Assembly: GCA_046598395.1 (NCBI GenBank)
Contig: JBKJIQ010000025.1
Coordinates: forward strand, 1,668 to 65,667
Direction: 5' to 3'
Length of the DNA: 64,000 nt
Source: Acidimicrobiia bacterium
GTDB taxonomy: Bacteria; Actinomycetota; Acidimicrobiia; IMCC26256; JAENVU01
Shown here: piece by piece, positions 45,578 through 54,119 of the stretch
Numbering within the stretch: position 1 is the stretch's first letter
Layout: each line of letters starts with the position of its first letter
Position numbers and translations under genes: made by a program
The notes under the pieces: model-generated
The model's database searches: none
The model's input: the letters and a program-made list of their open reading frames with translations, nothing else
What the model was told of the DNA's origin: nothing

Positions 45578-45755
45578 GGAGCCATCTTTGCCCAGCGCCG
45601 TGCTGGCGAGTGGTCTGATCTGAGGTCATGGGGCGACGCGTCAGGAACGGCAAGCGAGGAGACGAAACCTGGCCGGTCGCGTTCCGCCTCACTCCGGATG
45701 CACCGGCGGCTGCTGGGCGAAAAGGGTGGTCACACCCTCCGTGCACACTGTGGGC

Positions 45756-46235
45756 ATGTGCGAGATATGTGACGGTATAACTCATCAGCAATCGATGGAA
45801 CGCATGCATGCCCACGTGGCTTCCGGGTCGTGGGCACTGCAAGGTGTGGAGGCGGGTGAGCACCAGCGCCCGTGGGCGTACACGATCGGACTGATGCAGC
45901 ACTTCGGCCATCCGGAGCTGGTGATCACCGACGGAGCCTGGCGGGAGAGCGCCGTGATCTTGAACCAGCTGGGCGAGTGGGTGCGCAAGGGCGATCGGTT
46001 CGTTCCGGGGATGGTGGTCGAATCTGACGGCGGCGCCATCGAGCTCGGCGTACTACGACTGGACCGGAGCCGTCCCAGGCTCGTTGGAAATGCTCCAGGT
46101 CATCACCATGGACTCGAAATATTGCGAGCACCACCAGGGAATGCGTGCCGGACTTGCGGTCCCGGGGGCTTTGCAATGTCCGGCAACGGTCCGAACCGCA
46201 TGGAGCGTCGACGCGCCGCGCGCCGCCGCCATTGA
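45756..46235 (+). CDS. DUF4262 domain protein, possibly frameshifted at its 3' end
   Basis: MCEICDG...PWAYTIGLMQHFGHPELVITD matches the DUF4262 core. The C-terminal 60 aa in this frame look non-native. The +1 frame around 46050-46150 (AYYDWTGAVPGSLEMLQVITMD) better resembles the family C-terminus. Confidence 0.5.
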   Translation: MCEICDGITHQQSMERMHAHVASGSWALQGVEAGEHQRPWAYTIGLMQHFGHPELVITDGAWRESAVILNQLGEWVRKGDRFVPGMVVESDGGAIELGVLRLDRSRPRLVGNAPGHHHGLEILRAPPGNACRTCGPGGFAMSGNGPNRMERRRAARRRH

Positions 46236-46420
46236 AGCCCAAGCCGGCAATGGTGCCGCGGGTCTCGCAGTCGTAGGTCGCGCGCGAATGCGACGTCGTC
46301 ATCCACGGATGCAACGGTTCCGAGGTCACCATCGATCCAGGCATAGACCGACCACACTGCGGGAACTCTGACGCGACGAGGCGGGTGACGAACTCGGCAG
46401 TGATGTCGTCGGGGGTCACC
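46230..46420 (-). pseudogene. fragments of an APH-type phosphotransferase gene, split over two frames with internal deletions
   Basis: ITAEFVTRLVASEFPQ is followed, in a shifted frame, by WSVYAWIDGDLG...VAFARDL. The first frame then reads TYDCETRGTIAGL. These are three collinear signature blocks of actinobacterial aminoglycoside/phosphotransferase family proteins, lacking the spacers between them. Confidence 0.4.
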
Positions 46421-46496
46421 GATCGAGTCTGCCCGACGCGTCCTGCCGACACGCTCGAATCTCGGGCCGCGTGCCAGCAGAAGTGTGGAAGTGTGA

Positions 46497-46850
46497 TGGT
46501 GGAGGTGGGGGGAGTCGAACCCCCGTCTTCCAAGTCCTTAGCGGGACTTCTCCGAGCGCAGCCGGTGGGTAAGTCTCGGACTGTCGCCGCCCACTGGCGG
46601 CCTGCGACGATCCCAGCCTCGCTGTGATGTCCCGTCAGGCCACGGGGCCCGTCCCGACGGTAAGCCGCTCTTAGTGACGCCCTGGTTCCGACCGAGCAGC
46701 TGGGCCGGGTAGGACGCGCTACTTATTTCTAAGCAGCGAGTGTGAGGTTGTCCTCAGCAAGTATTGGTTTTGCCGGCTCTTTTACGACGCTCCGGCGACG
46801 TCGGCTCGCTTCTCCCGCCTCGATCCTCAGAATCGAAACCACGCACCCCC
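46497..46850 (-). ncRNA. ssrA: tmRNA (ssrA)
   Basis: 5' GGGGGUGCGUGGUUUCGAUUC and 3' GGGGGUUCGACUCCCCCCACCUCCACCA. The acceptor stem carries the G3-U pair, and a T-arm and encoded CCA are present. The internal tag reading frame ends ...AAC CUC ACA CUC GCU GCU UAG (NLTLAA stop) at 46729-46773. Confidence 0.95.
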
Positions 46851-47065
46851 TTGTCAAGTGCCGTTCCGATGCGCTGGAACAGCCTGGTCAGTCTACGCCG
46901 GACTGCGCTCGGATTCTCCCTTGATTGGTCCACAACATCTTCGGGGCTGAGTCTCAGCTGAGCACGGTGACCGGCGCGTGGGCGCTGGGAACGCGAAGCT
47001 CTCCGAGGTTGTTGGCACCCGACAAGGTTCAGGCCAGCACCAGTTCGCTACGGAGAGGACATCGC

Positions 47066-47842
47066 ATGCGCGCCACACTGCGCCTCGGACGGTTCTTCGG
47101 TGTCGAGGTCGCCGCCCACTGGTCGGTGCTGGTGATCGCCGGACTCATTGGTTACGGCCTGACCGGCGGGACTGCCGATGCCACGCTCTGGGCGGTGGTC
47201 GTGCCGACGGTGTTCGTGTTCCTCGGGTCGTTGCTCGCGCACGAGCTGTCGCACTCGGTGGTCGCGAAGCGAAACGGAATGGAAGTTCGCGGCATCACCC
47301 TTTGGATGCTGGGGGGAGTCGCGCAACTCGGTGGGCCGATGCCAACGGCGGGTGCCGAGTTCCGTATCGCCGCGGCCGGCCCCGCGATGAGTTACGCGTT
47401 GGCGGCGAGTTTCTTCGGACTGTTCAAGCTGGCGGGCCCGCTCGGCGCGCCCGATCTCATGGGGCAAGCCTTGGAATGGTTGGCATTCGTCAATGTCGTG
47501 CTCGGCACGTTCAACCTGATCCCGGCTGCGCCCCTCGATGGTGGGCGCATCCTCGCCAGCGCGATTTGGGCCATGACCCGCGACCGGAACCGAGGAGAAA
47601 TGGTTGCCACCCGCGTCGGTCAAGGATTCGGTGGCCTGCTGGTGGGAGCGGGGGTGGTTGGCCCATTCGTGGGGGTTCCCTACGTCTCGTTATGGACCGC
47701 GTTCATGGGCCTTTTCGTCCTGCGCGCCGCCACCGCGGAATACCAGAACGCCCGGCTCGCCGGCGTGCTTCACGATGTCCAACACCGTGGCGAGTTGGTC
47801 ACGCCTCCAGAGGAACTCAGCAGTTCAACCACGATGCCCTGA
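47066..47842 (+). CDS. site-2 protease (M50) family metalloprotease
   Basis: HELSHSVVA zinc motif, polytopic membrane protein, NLIPAAPLDGGR motif. RBS GGAGAGGA lies upstream of the ATG at 47066. Confidence 0.85.
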   Translation: MRATLRLGRFFGVEVAAHWSVLVIAGLIGYGLTGGTADATLWAVVVPTVFVFLGSLLAHELSHSVVAKRNGMEVRGITLWMLGGVAQLGGPMPTAGAEFRIAAAGPAMSYALAASFFGLFKLAGPLGAPDLMGQALEWLAFVNVVLGTFNLIPAAPLDGGRILASAIWAMTRDRNRGEMVATRVGQGFGGLLVGAGVVGPFVGVPYVSLWTAFMGLFVLRAATAEYQNARLAGVLHDVQHRGELVTPPEELSSSTTMP

Positions 47843-47862
47843 CGTCCGGGGCGCGCGCTGAA

Positions 47863-48324
47863 CTACTTGCGCCGCTCGCGCAACGCCCGCTCAACGTCGC
47901 GGTTGGCGTCGCGTTCCGCGAGCGCATGCCGCTTGTCGTAGTTCTTCTTGCCCTTGGCGAGCGCGATCTCTACTTTGGCCCGCCCTTCCTTGAAGTACAC
48001 CTTCAAGGGGACCAGGGTGAGGCCCTTCTCGCTCGACTGCCGCGTGATGGTGTCGATCTCACTCGCGTGGAGGAGGAGTTTGCGGCGCCGCACCGGGTCG
48101 ATGTCCCCCCGGCTCGAGGCATACGGGAGAATGTGCATCCCGTTGAGCCAGATCTCGCCGTCGTCGACCCTCGCGTAGGCATCTTGGAGGTTCGCGTGGT
48201 GGTCGCGCAGCGACTTCACCTCGGCGCCCTGGAGCACGATTCCGCACTCCCATACTTCGAGGATGGAGTAGTCGTGGCGAGCCTTTCGGTTCGTGAGCAC
48301 GACCTCATCGGGGCGGCGGGGCAT
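47863..48324 (-). CDS. smpB: SsrA-binding protein SmpB
   Basis: NRKARHDYSILEVWECGIVLQGAEVKSLR...KLLLHASEI...LTLVPLKVYF is the canonical SmpB pattern. Confidence 0.96.
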   Translation of the reverse strand: MPRRPDEVVLTNRKARHDYSILEVWECGIVLQGAEVKSLRDHHANLQDAYARVDDGEIWLNGMHILPYASSRGDIDPVRRRKLLLHASEIDTITRQSSEKGLTLVPLKVYFKEGRAKVEIALAKGKKNYDKRHALAERDANRDVERALRERRK

Positions 48325-48394
48325 CCCGTGACGCTACCCGGCGAATTTTTCCGAGTCGTCACGCTGAGCCCGTCAATCGTGCGACCATGGCGCT

Positions 48395-50302
48395 GTGAGT
48401 CCACCCGCACACGGAATCCCACGCGTCCGCGCGTTGGATGGATTGCGCGGTCTCGCCGTGATCGCGGTCCTGGTATTTCACAGCGACCTCCTGGTGGGCG
48501 GATACCTCGGCGTCGACGTCTTCTTCGTCCTTTCGGGCTATCTCATCACGTCGATCCTCCTCGTCGAAGTGCAGACCACGGGACGGATTGCGTTGGGCGC
48601 CTTTTGGGCCCGACGTGCCCGCAGGCTATTGCCGGCGCTCTTTCTGGTGGTCGTGGCGGTGGCGGTCTACGCCGCGGTCTACGCCGGACCGACCGAGCTC
48701 GGCCGCATCCGCGCCGACGGCTTTGCCACGTTGGGCTACGTCGCGAACTGGAGATCCGTCTTTGCCCACCTGGACTATTGGGACTTGTTTCGACGGCCGT
48801 CGCCGTTTGAACACACGTGGAGCCTGGCGATCGAAGAGCAGTTCTACCTGGTCTGGCCGCTCGTGCTGCTCGGGGTGTTGACGGGGGCGCGGCGCCGAGC
48901 AGATGTCGATCGGTTTGCTCGTCGCGTTTTCTTTGTCGCCACCGGCCTCGCCGCAGTGGGCGCAGGGTGGGCACTGTGGATCTGGTTCTCGGATCACAAC
49001 GCGACGCGCGTGTATTTCGGAACCGACACTCGGGCGCCGGCGATCCTGCTCGGCGCTGCGGCCGCGGCCTGGACCCAATGGCGCGGCGCCGCACGAGAAG
49101 GTCGTACTCGGCGCGTGGTCGAACTCGCGGGAATCGCCGGGGTTGGATTTCTCGCGGTCGCGTTTGTGCAACTCGAAGGTAATGCCCTCTTCGAAGGCGG
49201 CTTGCTCGGGAGTTCCGTTGCCGCGGTCGCCGTCATCGTTGCGGCGGCGAACCCCCGACCCGGGACCGTGGCCCGACTCCTCGCGGTCAGACCATTGGTC
49301 GCGCTTGGTCTCGTGAGCTACGGCCTGTACCTCTGGCATTGGCCGATCTACCTGGTGCTGGACTCATTGCGCACCGGCCTCGATGGCTGGGCCCTCTTCG
49401 GTGTTCGATTTGCGGTGACGTTGCTGGCCGCGAGCGCGTCGTACATCCTCGTCGAGCAGCCGATCCGCAAGGGATTCGGGTCGCTAACCAGCTATCGAGT
49501 CGCGGTACCCGTGATCGGGGTGGTACTCGCCGGTCTCATCGTTGTCACTACCGCGGGTGGGTACGAACTGGGGACGAGCCGTCAAGTCTTTGCGAATCCG
49601 GTGCGAGCACGAGTGAGCGCTACGCGCGCCGGCGCGACCCGAATCATGATCGCCGGCAACTCGATCGGGAATGTCCTCGGCGTGGAGGGCCTCACCAAGG
49701 TGACCACAGTGCCGACGATCGCGGTACTCAATGACGGAGTCTTCTCGTGCGACTTCCCGACGGTGCCGCTGATTCACACCGAGTTCCTTCCCAATCCCAT
49801 CACGCCAATCGATTGCGATACTCCGTGGAAGCGGGCGATCCGCGGCTTCGATCCGCAGGTGGTCCTGCTCATTTTCGGCGATATCCATGTCACGGACTAC
49901 AAGTTCGCCGATGGTTGGGCAACGCCGTGCGAGCAGAAGTTCCGCGTCAACTATCGCCGCGCGCTTGATGACGCAGTCCGTCGCTTGAGCGCGGGCGGCG
50001 CCAAGGTGGTGCTGACGACCGCGGCCTACTCTCGCTTCTTCGCGTCCGACGCGTTCAATCAAGCGATTCAACGGGCGACGCAATGCTCGAACATGATCGT
50101 GCGCCACTACGCCGCGTCGCATCACGCGGTGGGATTCATTGACCTCAACCGGTTCATCTGCCCTGCTAGCTCAACGTGTCTGACCCAACTCGACGGATCT
50201 GAGCTCCGGTCCGACGGTGTTCACTATCGCGGCCAAGGCGCGCAGAAGGTGGCAGCGTGGATGTTGAACAAAATCGGCATTGAAGCGCTTCCGTCGCCGT
50301 AG
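48395..50302 (+). CDS. acyltransferase-3 family membrane protein with C-terminal SGNH domain (OafA-like)
   Basis: LDGLRGLAVIAVLVFH start and about 10 TM helices. The C-terminal ~250 aa are soluble, with IAGNSIG (SGNH block I-like) and a terminal DGVHY. Confidence 0.8.
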   Translation: MSPPAHGIPRVRALDGLRGLAVIAVLVFHSDLLVGGYLGVDVFFVLSGYLITSILLVEVQTTGRIALGAFWARRARRLLPALFLVVVAVAVYAAVYAGPTELGRIRADGFATLGYVANWRSVFAHLDYWDLFRRPSPFEHTWSLAIEEQFYLVWPLVLLGVLTGARRRADVDRFARRVFFVATGLAAVGAGWALWIWFSDHNATRVYFGTDTRAPAILLGAAAAAWTQWRGAAREGRTRRVVELAGIAGVGFLAVAFVQLEGNALFEGGLLGSSVAAVAVIVAAANPRPGTVARLLAVRPLVALGLVSYGLYLWHWPIYLVLDSLRTGLDGWALFGVRFAVTLLAASASYILVEQPIRKGFGSLTSYRVAVPVIGVVLAGLIVVTTAGGYELGTSRQVFANPVRARVSATRAGATRIMIAGNSIGNVLGVEGLTKVTTVPTIAVLNDGVFSCDFPTVPLIHTEFLPNPITPIDCDTPWKRAIRGFDPQVVLLIFGDIHVTDYKFADGWATPCEQKFRVNYRRALDDAVRRLSAGGAKVVLTTAAYSRFFASDAFNQAIQRATQCSNMIVRHYAASHHAVGFIDLNRFICPASSTCLTQLDGSELRSDGVHYRGQGAQKVAAWMLNKIGIEALPSP

Positions 50303-50310
50303 CGCTCACG

Positions 50311-50385
50311 GTTGGATTCCTCACCCAACCTCTCCAGCGCTTGTCGAATAGGTGGCGGTAGCCGCACACGATCCGACAAGCGCTC
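50311..50385 (+). terminator. two hairpins after the acyltransferase gene
   Basis: ggttgg-N8-ccaacc (50311-50330). agcgcttgtcg (50336-50346) pairs perfectly with cgacaagcgct (50375-50385), and the loop holds a nested gcgg-tag-ccgc. Confidence 0.4.
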
Positions 50386-50401
50386 AAGTACGGTCGGCGC
50401 G

Positions 50402-50971
50402 ATGAGTTGGATCGCGGTGATTTGGGGTCCCGATGCCGACGCGGTCCGTGCGAGTGGGCCGGAGTGGTCGCGGCCGGCGTTGGCCGATCAAGGGCTCTAC
50501 GCGCGGGGCGCGCCGTTTGATCTTGTCATCGGCGGCACCGGCGCTGCGCCCGCCCCCGATTGGGCGGCGCTCGGCGATCGGGTGCACGCGTGGTCCGTCG
50601 ACGAGCGGATCGTGCTCGCCGTCGAACCGCCTGGGGTCACGATGGTCTCGCTCATGCGGCGTAGTCCAGCCATGGATCACGCTGAGTTCGTGGCGCATTG
50701 GCTCGAGCGCCATGCCCCACTCGCGAAGCGTCGCCATATTGGGCTCACCGACTACCGCCAGTGCGTGGTGACCGAGACCTTGACGCCCGACACTTCCGAG
50801 ATTGCCACCTCCGAGATCGATGGCGTCGCCCTCCTTGGATTCGCATCGCGCCACGACTTCGACACGCGGTTCTTCGACTCCGATGCGGGCCGCGCCGAGA
50901 TCATGGCCGATGTTGCTCGGTTCATGGACCGGCCCGGTCCGGAGACCACGTTGGTTGGTCCGCCCGAGTGA
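50402..50971 (+). CDS. EthD domain-containing protein
   Basis: MVSLMRRSPAMDHAEFVAHWLERHAPL is typical of the EthD family. The ATG at 50402 is preferred. Confidence 0.6.
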   Translation: MSWIAVIWGPDADAVRASGPEWSRPALADQGLYARGAPFDLVIGGTGAAPAPDWAALGDRVHAWSVDERIVLAVEPPGVTMVSLMRRSPAMDHAEFVAHWLERHAPLAKRRHIGLTDYRQCVVTETLTPDTSEIATSEIDGVALLGFASRHDFDTRFFDSDAGRAEIMADVARFMDRPGPETTLVGPPE

Positions 50972-51013
50972 CGCGACCGGCCCGGATAGATTGCGCCGAC
51001 TCTGATTTCCCCC

Positions 51014-53317
51014 ATGCAATGGAGAAGTTCCATGGCCGCGTCCGGTTCGATTCTCGGTAACTCGGTGCTACGCCGTGAGGATCCCGCGATCCTCGAAGGC
51101 GTTGTGGAGTACTTCGACGATGTGGCGATCGAAGGATTGACTCATCTGGTCTTCGTCCGGTCAACGATTGCGCACGCGACCATTGCGTCGATCGAGATTG
51201 CCGAGGCGCAGACGATGCCCGGTGTCCTCGGCGTCTACACCGCGCAGAACTTCCCGATGGACGCGATCCAGGGCTTCGTCATGTTGCCGCCCGCGTTCAA
51301 CCGGCCACCGCTTGCCACTGACCGGGTGCGCTTCGTCGGCGACATTGTTGCGGCCGTCCTAGCCGAAAGTCGCGCCCAGGCGGTGGACGCCGCGGAGTTG
51401 GTCATCGTCGATTACGAGCCGCTCCCCGTGGTGATCGATGCCGAGCGGGCGTTGGATGACGACGCTCCGCTGCTCTTCGAAGCGCACGGCTCCAACCTGG
51501 CGATCGCCTTCGAACGCGGTGAGGACCCGGACGTGCTCGCGGGCGCCGATGTTGTGGTGTCGGAGCGGTTCGTGAATCAACGCCTCGCCGCGGTGCCGAT
51601 GGAGCCGAACGGAATTCTCGTCACCCACGTCGACGATGGCCTGTTGGTACGGGTACCCACTCAGGCGCCGAACAGTGTCCACGGCAGTATCGCACTCGCG
51701 GCGGGATTGTCACCGGAGAGGGTGCGGATCATCGCCCCGGCCGTCGGCGGTGGATTCGGCGCCAAGATGGACATGTACGTGGAGTACGCGATCGCAGTGA
51801 AGGCGGCGCAGGCACTCGGTCGGCCGGTGAAATGGACGGAGACGCGCTCCGAGAACATGGTGGCGATGACCCATGGTCGCGCCCAAATCCAGTACGTCGA
51901 GATGGGCCTGAAGCGCGACGGCACGATCGTTGGTCTCCGGGCGAAGGTGTTCCAGGACAGCGGTGCGTATCCCGCGATGGGCGCGTTCCTCGCCTACTTC
52001 ACCCATCTGCTCGCGCAGGGCGTGTATGCGATTCCCCAGGTGGAGCTGAACTCGTGGAGTGCCGCCACGAACACCACCACCACCGCGGCCTACCGCGGCG
52101 CGGGCCGCCCGGAAGCCACCGCGATGCTCGAGCGCATCATCGACATCGCCGCCGACGAGCTCGACATCGACCCGGTCGAGATTCGCAAGCGCAACCTCAT
52201 CCCGTCGGAGGCATTTCCGCTCACGACCGTCACCGGTGCGAACTACGACGTCGGCGAGTACGCCAAGGTGCTCGATGAGGTGTGTCGGGTTGCGGGCTAC
52301 ACCGAACTGCGGGCCGAGCAGGCGGCGCGCCGTGCCAGTGGCGATGTCAAGCAATTGGGAATCGGCGTGTCCACCTACGTGGAGGTCACCGCGGGCGGTC
52401 TGTTCCAGGAGTACGGCGCGATTGAAATCAACTCCGACGGTTCCGCAACCGCGACGGTAGGAACTTCCGCCCACGGACAAGGTCACGAGACGTCGTTTTC
52501 CATGATCGTGCAGGAGCTGCTCGGCATCCCGATGGATCAGGTCACCATCGTCCAGTCCGACACCGGTCGCGTCCCGCGTGGTCAGGGCACGATGGGCTCA
52601 CGATCACTCCAGATCGGTGGCAGCGCGCTCTACAAGGCGAGCGAGGAAGTGCTCGCCAAGGCCAAGACGCTCGCCGCGCATCTCCTCGAAGCCAACCTGG
52701 ACGACATCGTGCTGATGGAGGGATCAGGACTCGGTGTGGCGGGAGTTCCTGCGTCGGCCTTGAGCTGGCCCGAACTGGCCGCCGCCGCGAAAGACCCGGC
52801 GAAATTGCCAGAGGGTATGGAGCCCGCACTCGCGATCGCGCTCGACTTCAATCAGGGTGAGGCGTCGTACCCGTTCGGTGCGCATATCGCGGTGGTCGAG
52901 GTGGATACCGAGACCGGGCGCGTCGAGCACATTCGTCATGTGGCGGTCGACGATTGCGGACGGATCTTGAACCCGATGCTCGTCGCCGGCCAGCAGCATG
53001 GCGGAATCGCACAGGGCGCGGCGCAGGCACTGTGGGAGGGCATTGCGTATGACGCGGACGGCAACCCGTTAACGGCCAACCTCATGGACTACGCCATCCC
53101 CAGCGCGGCGGAACTGCCCAGCTTCGAAGCGTCGAACACCGAGACGCCAACCCCGCTCAACCCACTCGGAGCGAAGGGCATCGGCGAGTCGGGAACCATC
53201 GGCTCGACCCCCGCGGTTCACAACGCGGTGATCGATGCGGTGTCGCATCTCGGGGTTCGCCACATCGATATGCCGGTCTCGGCCCAGCGGGTGTGGACCG
53301 CGATCCAGAACGCCTGA
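51014..53317 (+). CDS. xanthine dehydrogenase family molybdopterin-binding subunit (form II CoxL-like)
   Basis: 767 aa. Active-site loop AYRGAGRPE and GGGFGAK. No adjacent FAD (CoxM) or 2Fe-2S (CoxS) subunit genes. An alternative start is the ATG at 51032. Confidence 0.88.
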   Translation: MQWRSSMAASGSILGNSVLRREDPAILEGVVEYFDDVAIEGLTHLVFVRSTIAHATIASIEIAEAQTMPGVLGVYTAQNFPMDAIQGFVMLPPAFNRPPLATDRVRFVGDIVAAVLAESRAQAVDAAELVIVDYEPLPVVIDAERALDDDAPLLFEAHGSNLAIAFERGEDPDVLAGADVVVSERFVNQRLAAVPMEPNGILVTHVDDGLLVRVPTQAPNSVHGSIALAAGLSPERVRIIAPAVGGGFGAKMDMYVEYAIAVKAAQALGRPVKWTETRSENMVAMTHGRAQIQYVEMGLKRDGTIVGLRAKVFQDSGAYPAMGAFLAYFTHLLAQGVYAIPQVELNSWSAATNTTTTAAYRGAGRPEATAMLERIIDIAADELDIDPVEIRKRNLIPSEAFPLTTVTGANYDVGEYAKVLDEVCRVAGYTELRAEQAARRASGDVKQLGIGVSTYVEVTAGGLFQEYGAIEINSDGSATATVGTSAHGQGHETSFSMIVQELLGIPMDQVTIVQSDTGRVPRGQGTMGSRSLQIGGSALYKASEEVLAKAKTLAAHLLEANLDDIVLMEGSGLGVAGVPASALSWPELAAAAKDPAKLPEGMEPALAIALDFNQGEASYPFGAHIAVVEVDTETGRVEHIRHVAVDDCGRILNPMLVAGQQHGGIAQGAAQALWEGIAYDADGNPLTANLMDYAIPSAAELPSFEASNTETPTPLNPLGAKGIGESGTIGSTPAVHNAVIDAVSHLGVRHIDMPVSAQRVWTAIQNA

Positions 53318-53324
53318 ACCGAAC

Positions 53325-53771
53325 GTGAAAAACGTCGGATCCATCTTCGCGACGCCCGCGCTTCGCCTCAGTGTCGGCCAGTACGAGCGGATCGTGGCTC
53401 ATTGCTACGTCGGGCTGCCGGACGAAGCCTGCGGGCTGATCGCGGGTCCGGTGGCGGCCGGAGAAGCCACCGGGTTCGTTAGTGGTGTCTACCCAGCCGT
53501 GAACGCCGACTCGTCCGCGCGCACCTACACCGTCGACGGCCGGGATTACCTCCGCGCCAGTCGCGACGCCGAGGCGCGGGGCGATGAGATCATCGGCGTC
53601 TGGCATTCCCACACCCACACGGATCCGTATCCGTCACCTACCGACGTACGTACTGCGGTCGACCCGATGTGGATCTACGTCCTCGTCTCGCTCCGTGACG
53701 ACGCACCCATGGTGCGGGCCTACCGCATCCGAGACGACGTGATCGCCGAATGCCAGGTGCAGGTGTTGTGA
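53325..53771 (+). CDS. mec: JAMM/MPN+ metalloprotease Mec (CysO-cysteine peptidase-like)
   Basis: EACGLIAG and JAMM motif HSHTHTDPYPSPTD. The GTG at 53325 is preferred. Lies directly upstream of cysO. Confidence 0.85.
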   Translation: MKNVGSIFATPALRLSVGQYERIVAHCYVGLPDEACGLIAGPVAAGEATGFVSGVYPAVNADSSARTYTVDGRDYLRASRDAEARGDEIIGVWHSHTHTDPYPSPTDVRTAVDPMWIYVLVSLRDDAPMVRAYRIRDDVIAECQVQVL

Positions 53772-53822
53772 CGTGTCAGCGGTCACGAAATGTCGACGAA
53801 TCGAGGGGGGTTATAGGCTCCC

Positions 53823-54101
53823 ATGATGGCTGTTGAAGTTCGTCTCCCCACGTTGCTGCGCGTCCACGCTGATGGTGCCGCCTCTGTCGCGGCGGATGGC
53901 GCGACCGTCGGTGAGGTGTTCTCGGCGTTGACCAGCACCTATCCGGGCTTGTCGGATCAGCTGATCGACGCGGAGGGCGCACTCCACAAGTTTGTCAACG
54001 TGTATGTGAACGACGATGACATTCGGTACTTGGGCCAGCTCGCGACGCCGGTCACCGACCGCGACGTCGTCTCCATCCTGCCTGCCGTCGCCGGCGGCTG
54101 A
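53823..54101 (+). CDS. cysO: MoaD/ThiS family sulfur carrier protein CysO
   Basis: 92 aa with a beta-grasp pattern. The C-terminus ends ...LPAVAGG. Confidence 0.85.
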   Translation: MMAVEVRLPTLLRVHADGAASVAADGATVGEVFSALTSTYPGLSDQLIDAEGALHKFVNVYVNDDDIRYLGQLATPVTDRDVVSILPAVAGG

Positions 54102-54119
54102 CGCGCACTGCCGCGACCC

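Noticed and set aside
46420-46533. Intact genomic island or prophage integrated at ssrA. Track ORF 45925..46533 begins inside the tmRNA gene.
   Set aside because: I found no integrase, no recognisable att duplication of the tmRNA 3' end, and no phage genes in the window. The ORF start MEDGGSTPPTSTIT is just the reverse complement of the tmRNA acceptor and T-arm.
46851-46875. TTGTCAAGTG upstream of ssrA resembling the mycobacterial RecA-NDp damage-inducible promoter motif (TTGTCRGTG-N8-TAnnnT).
   Set aside because: It carries an extra base in the core, and no TAnnnT element lies at the required spacing.
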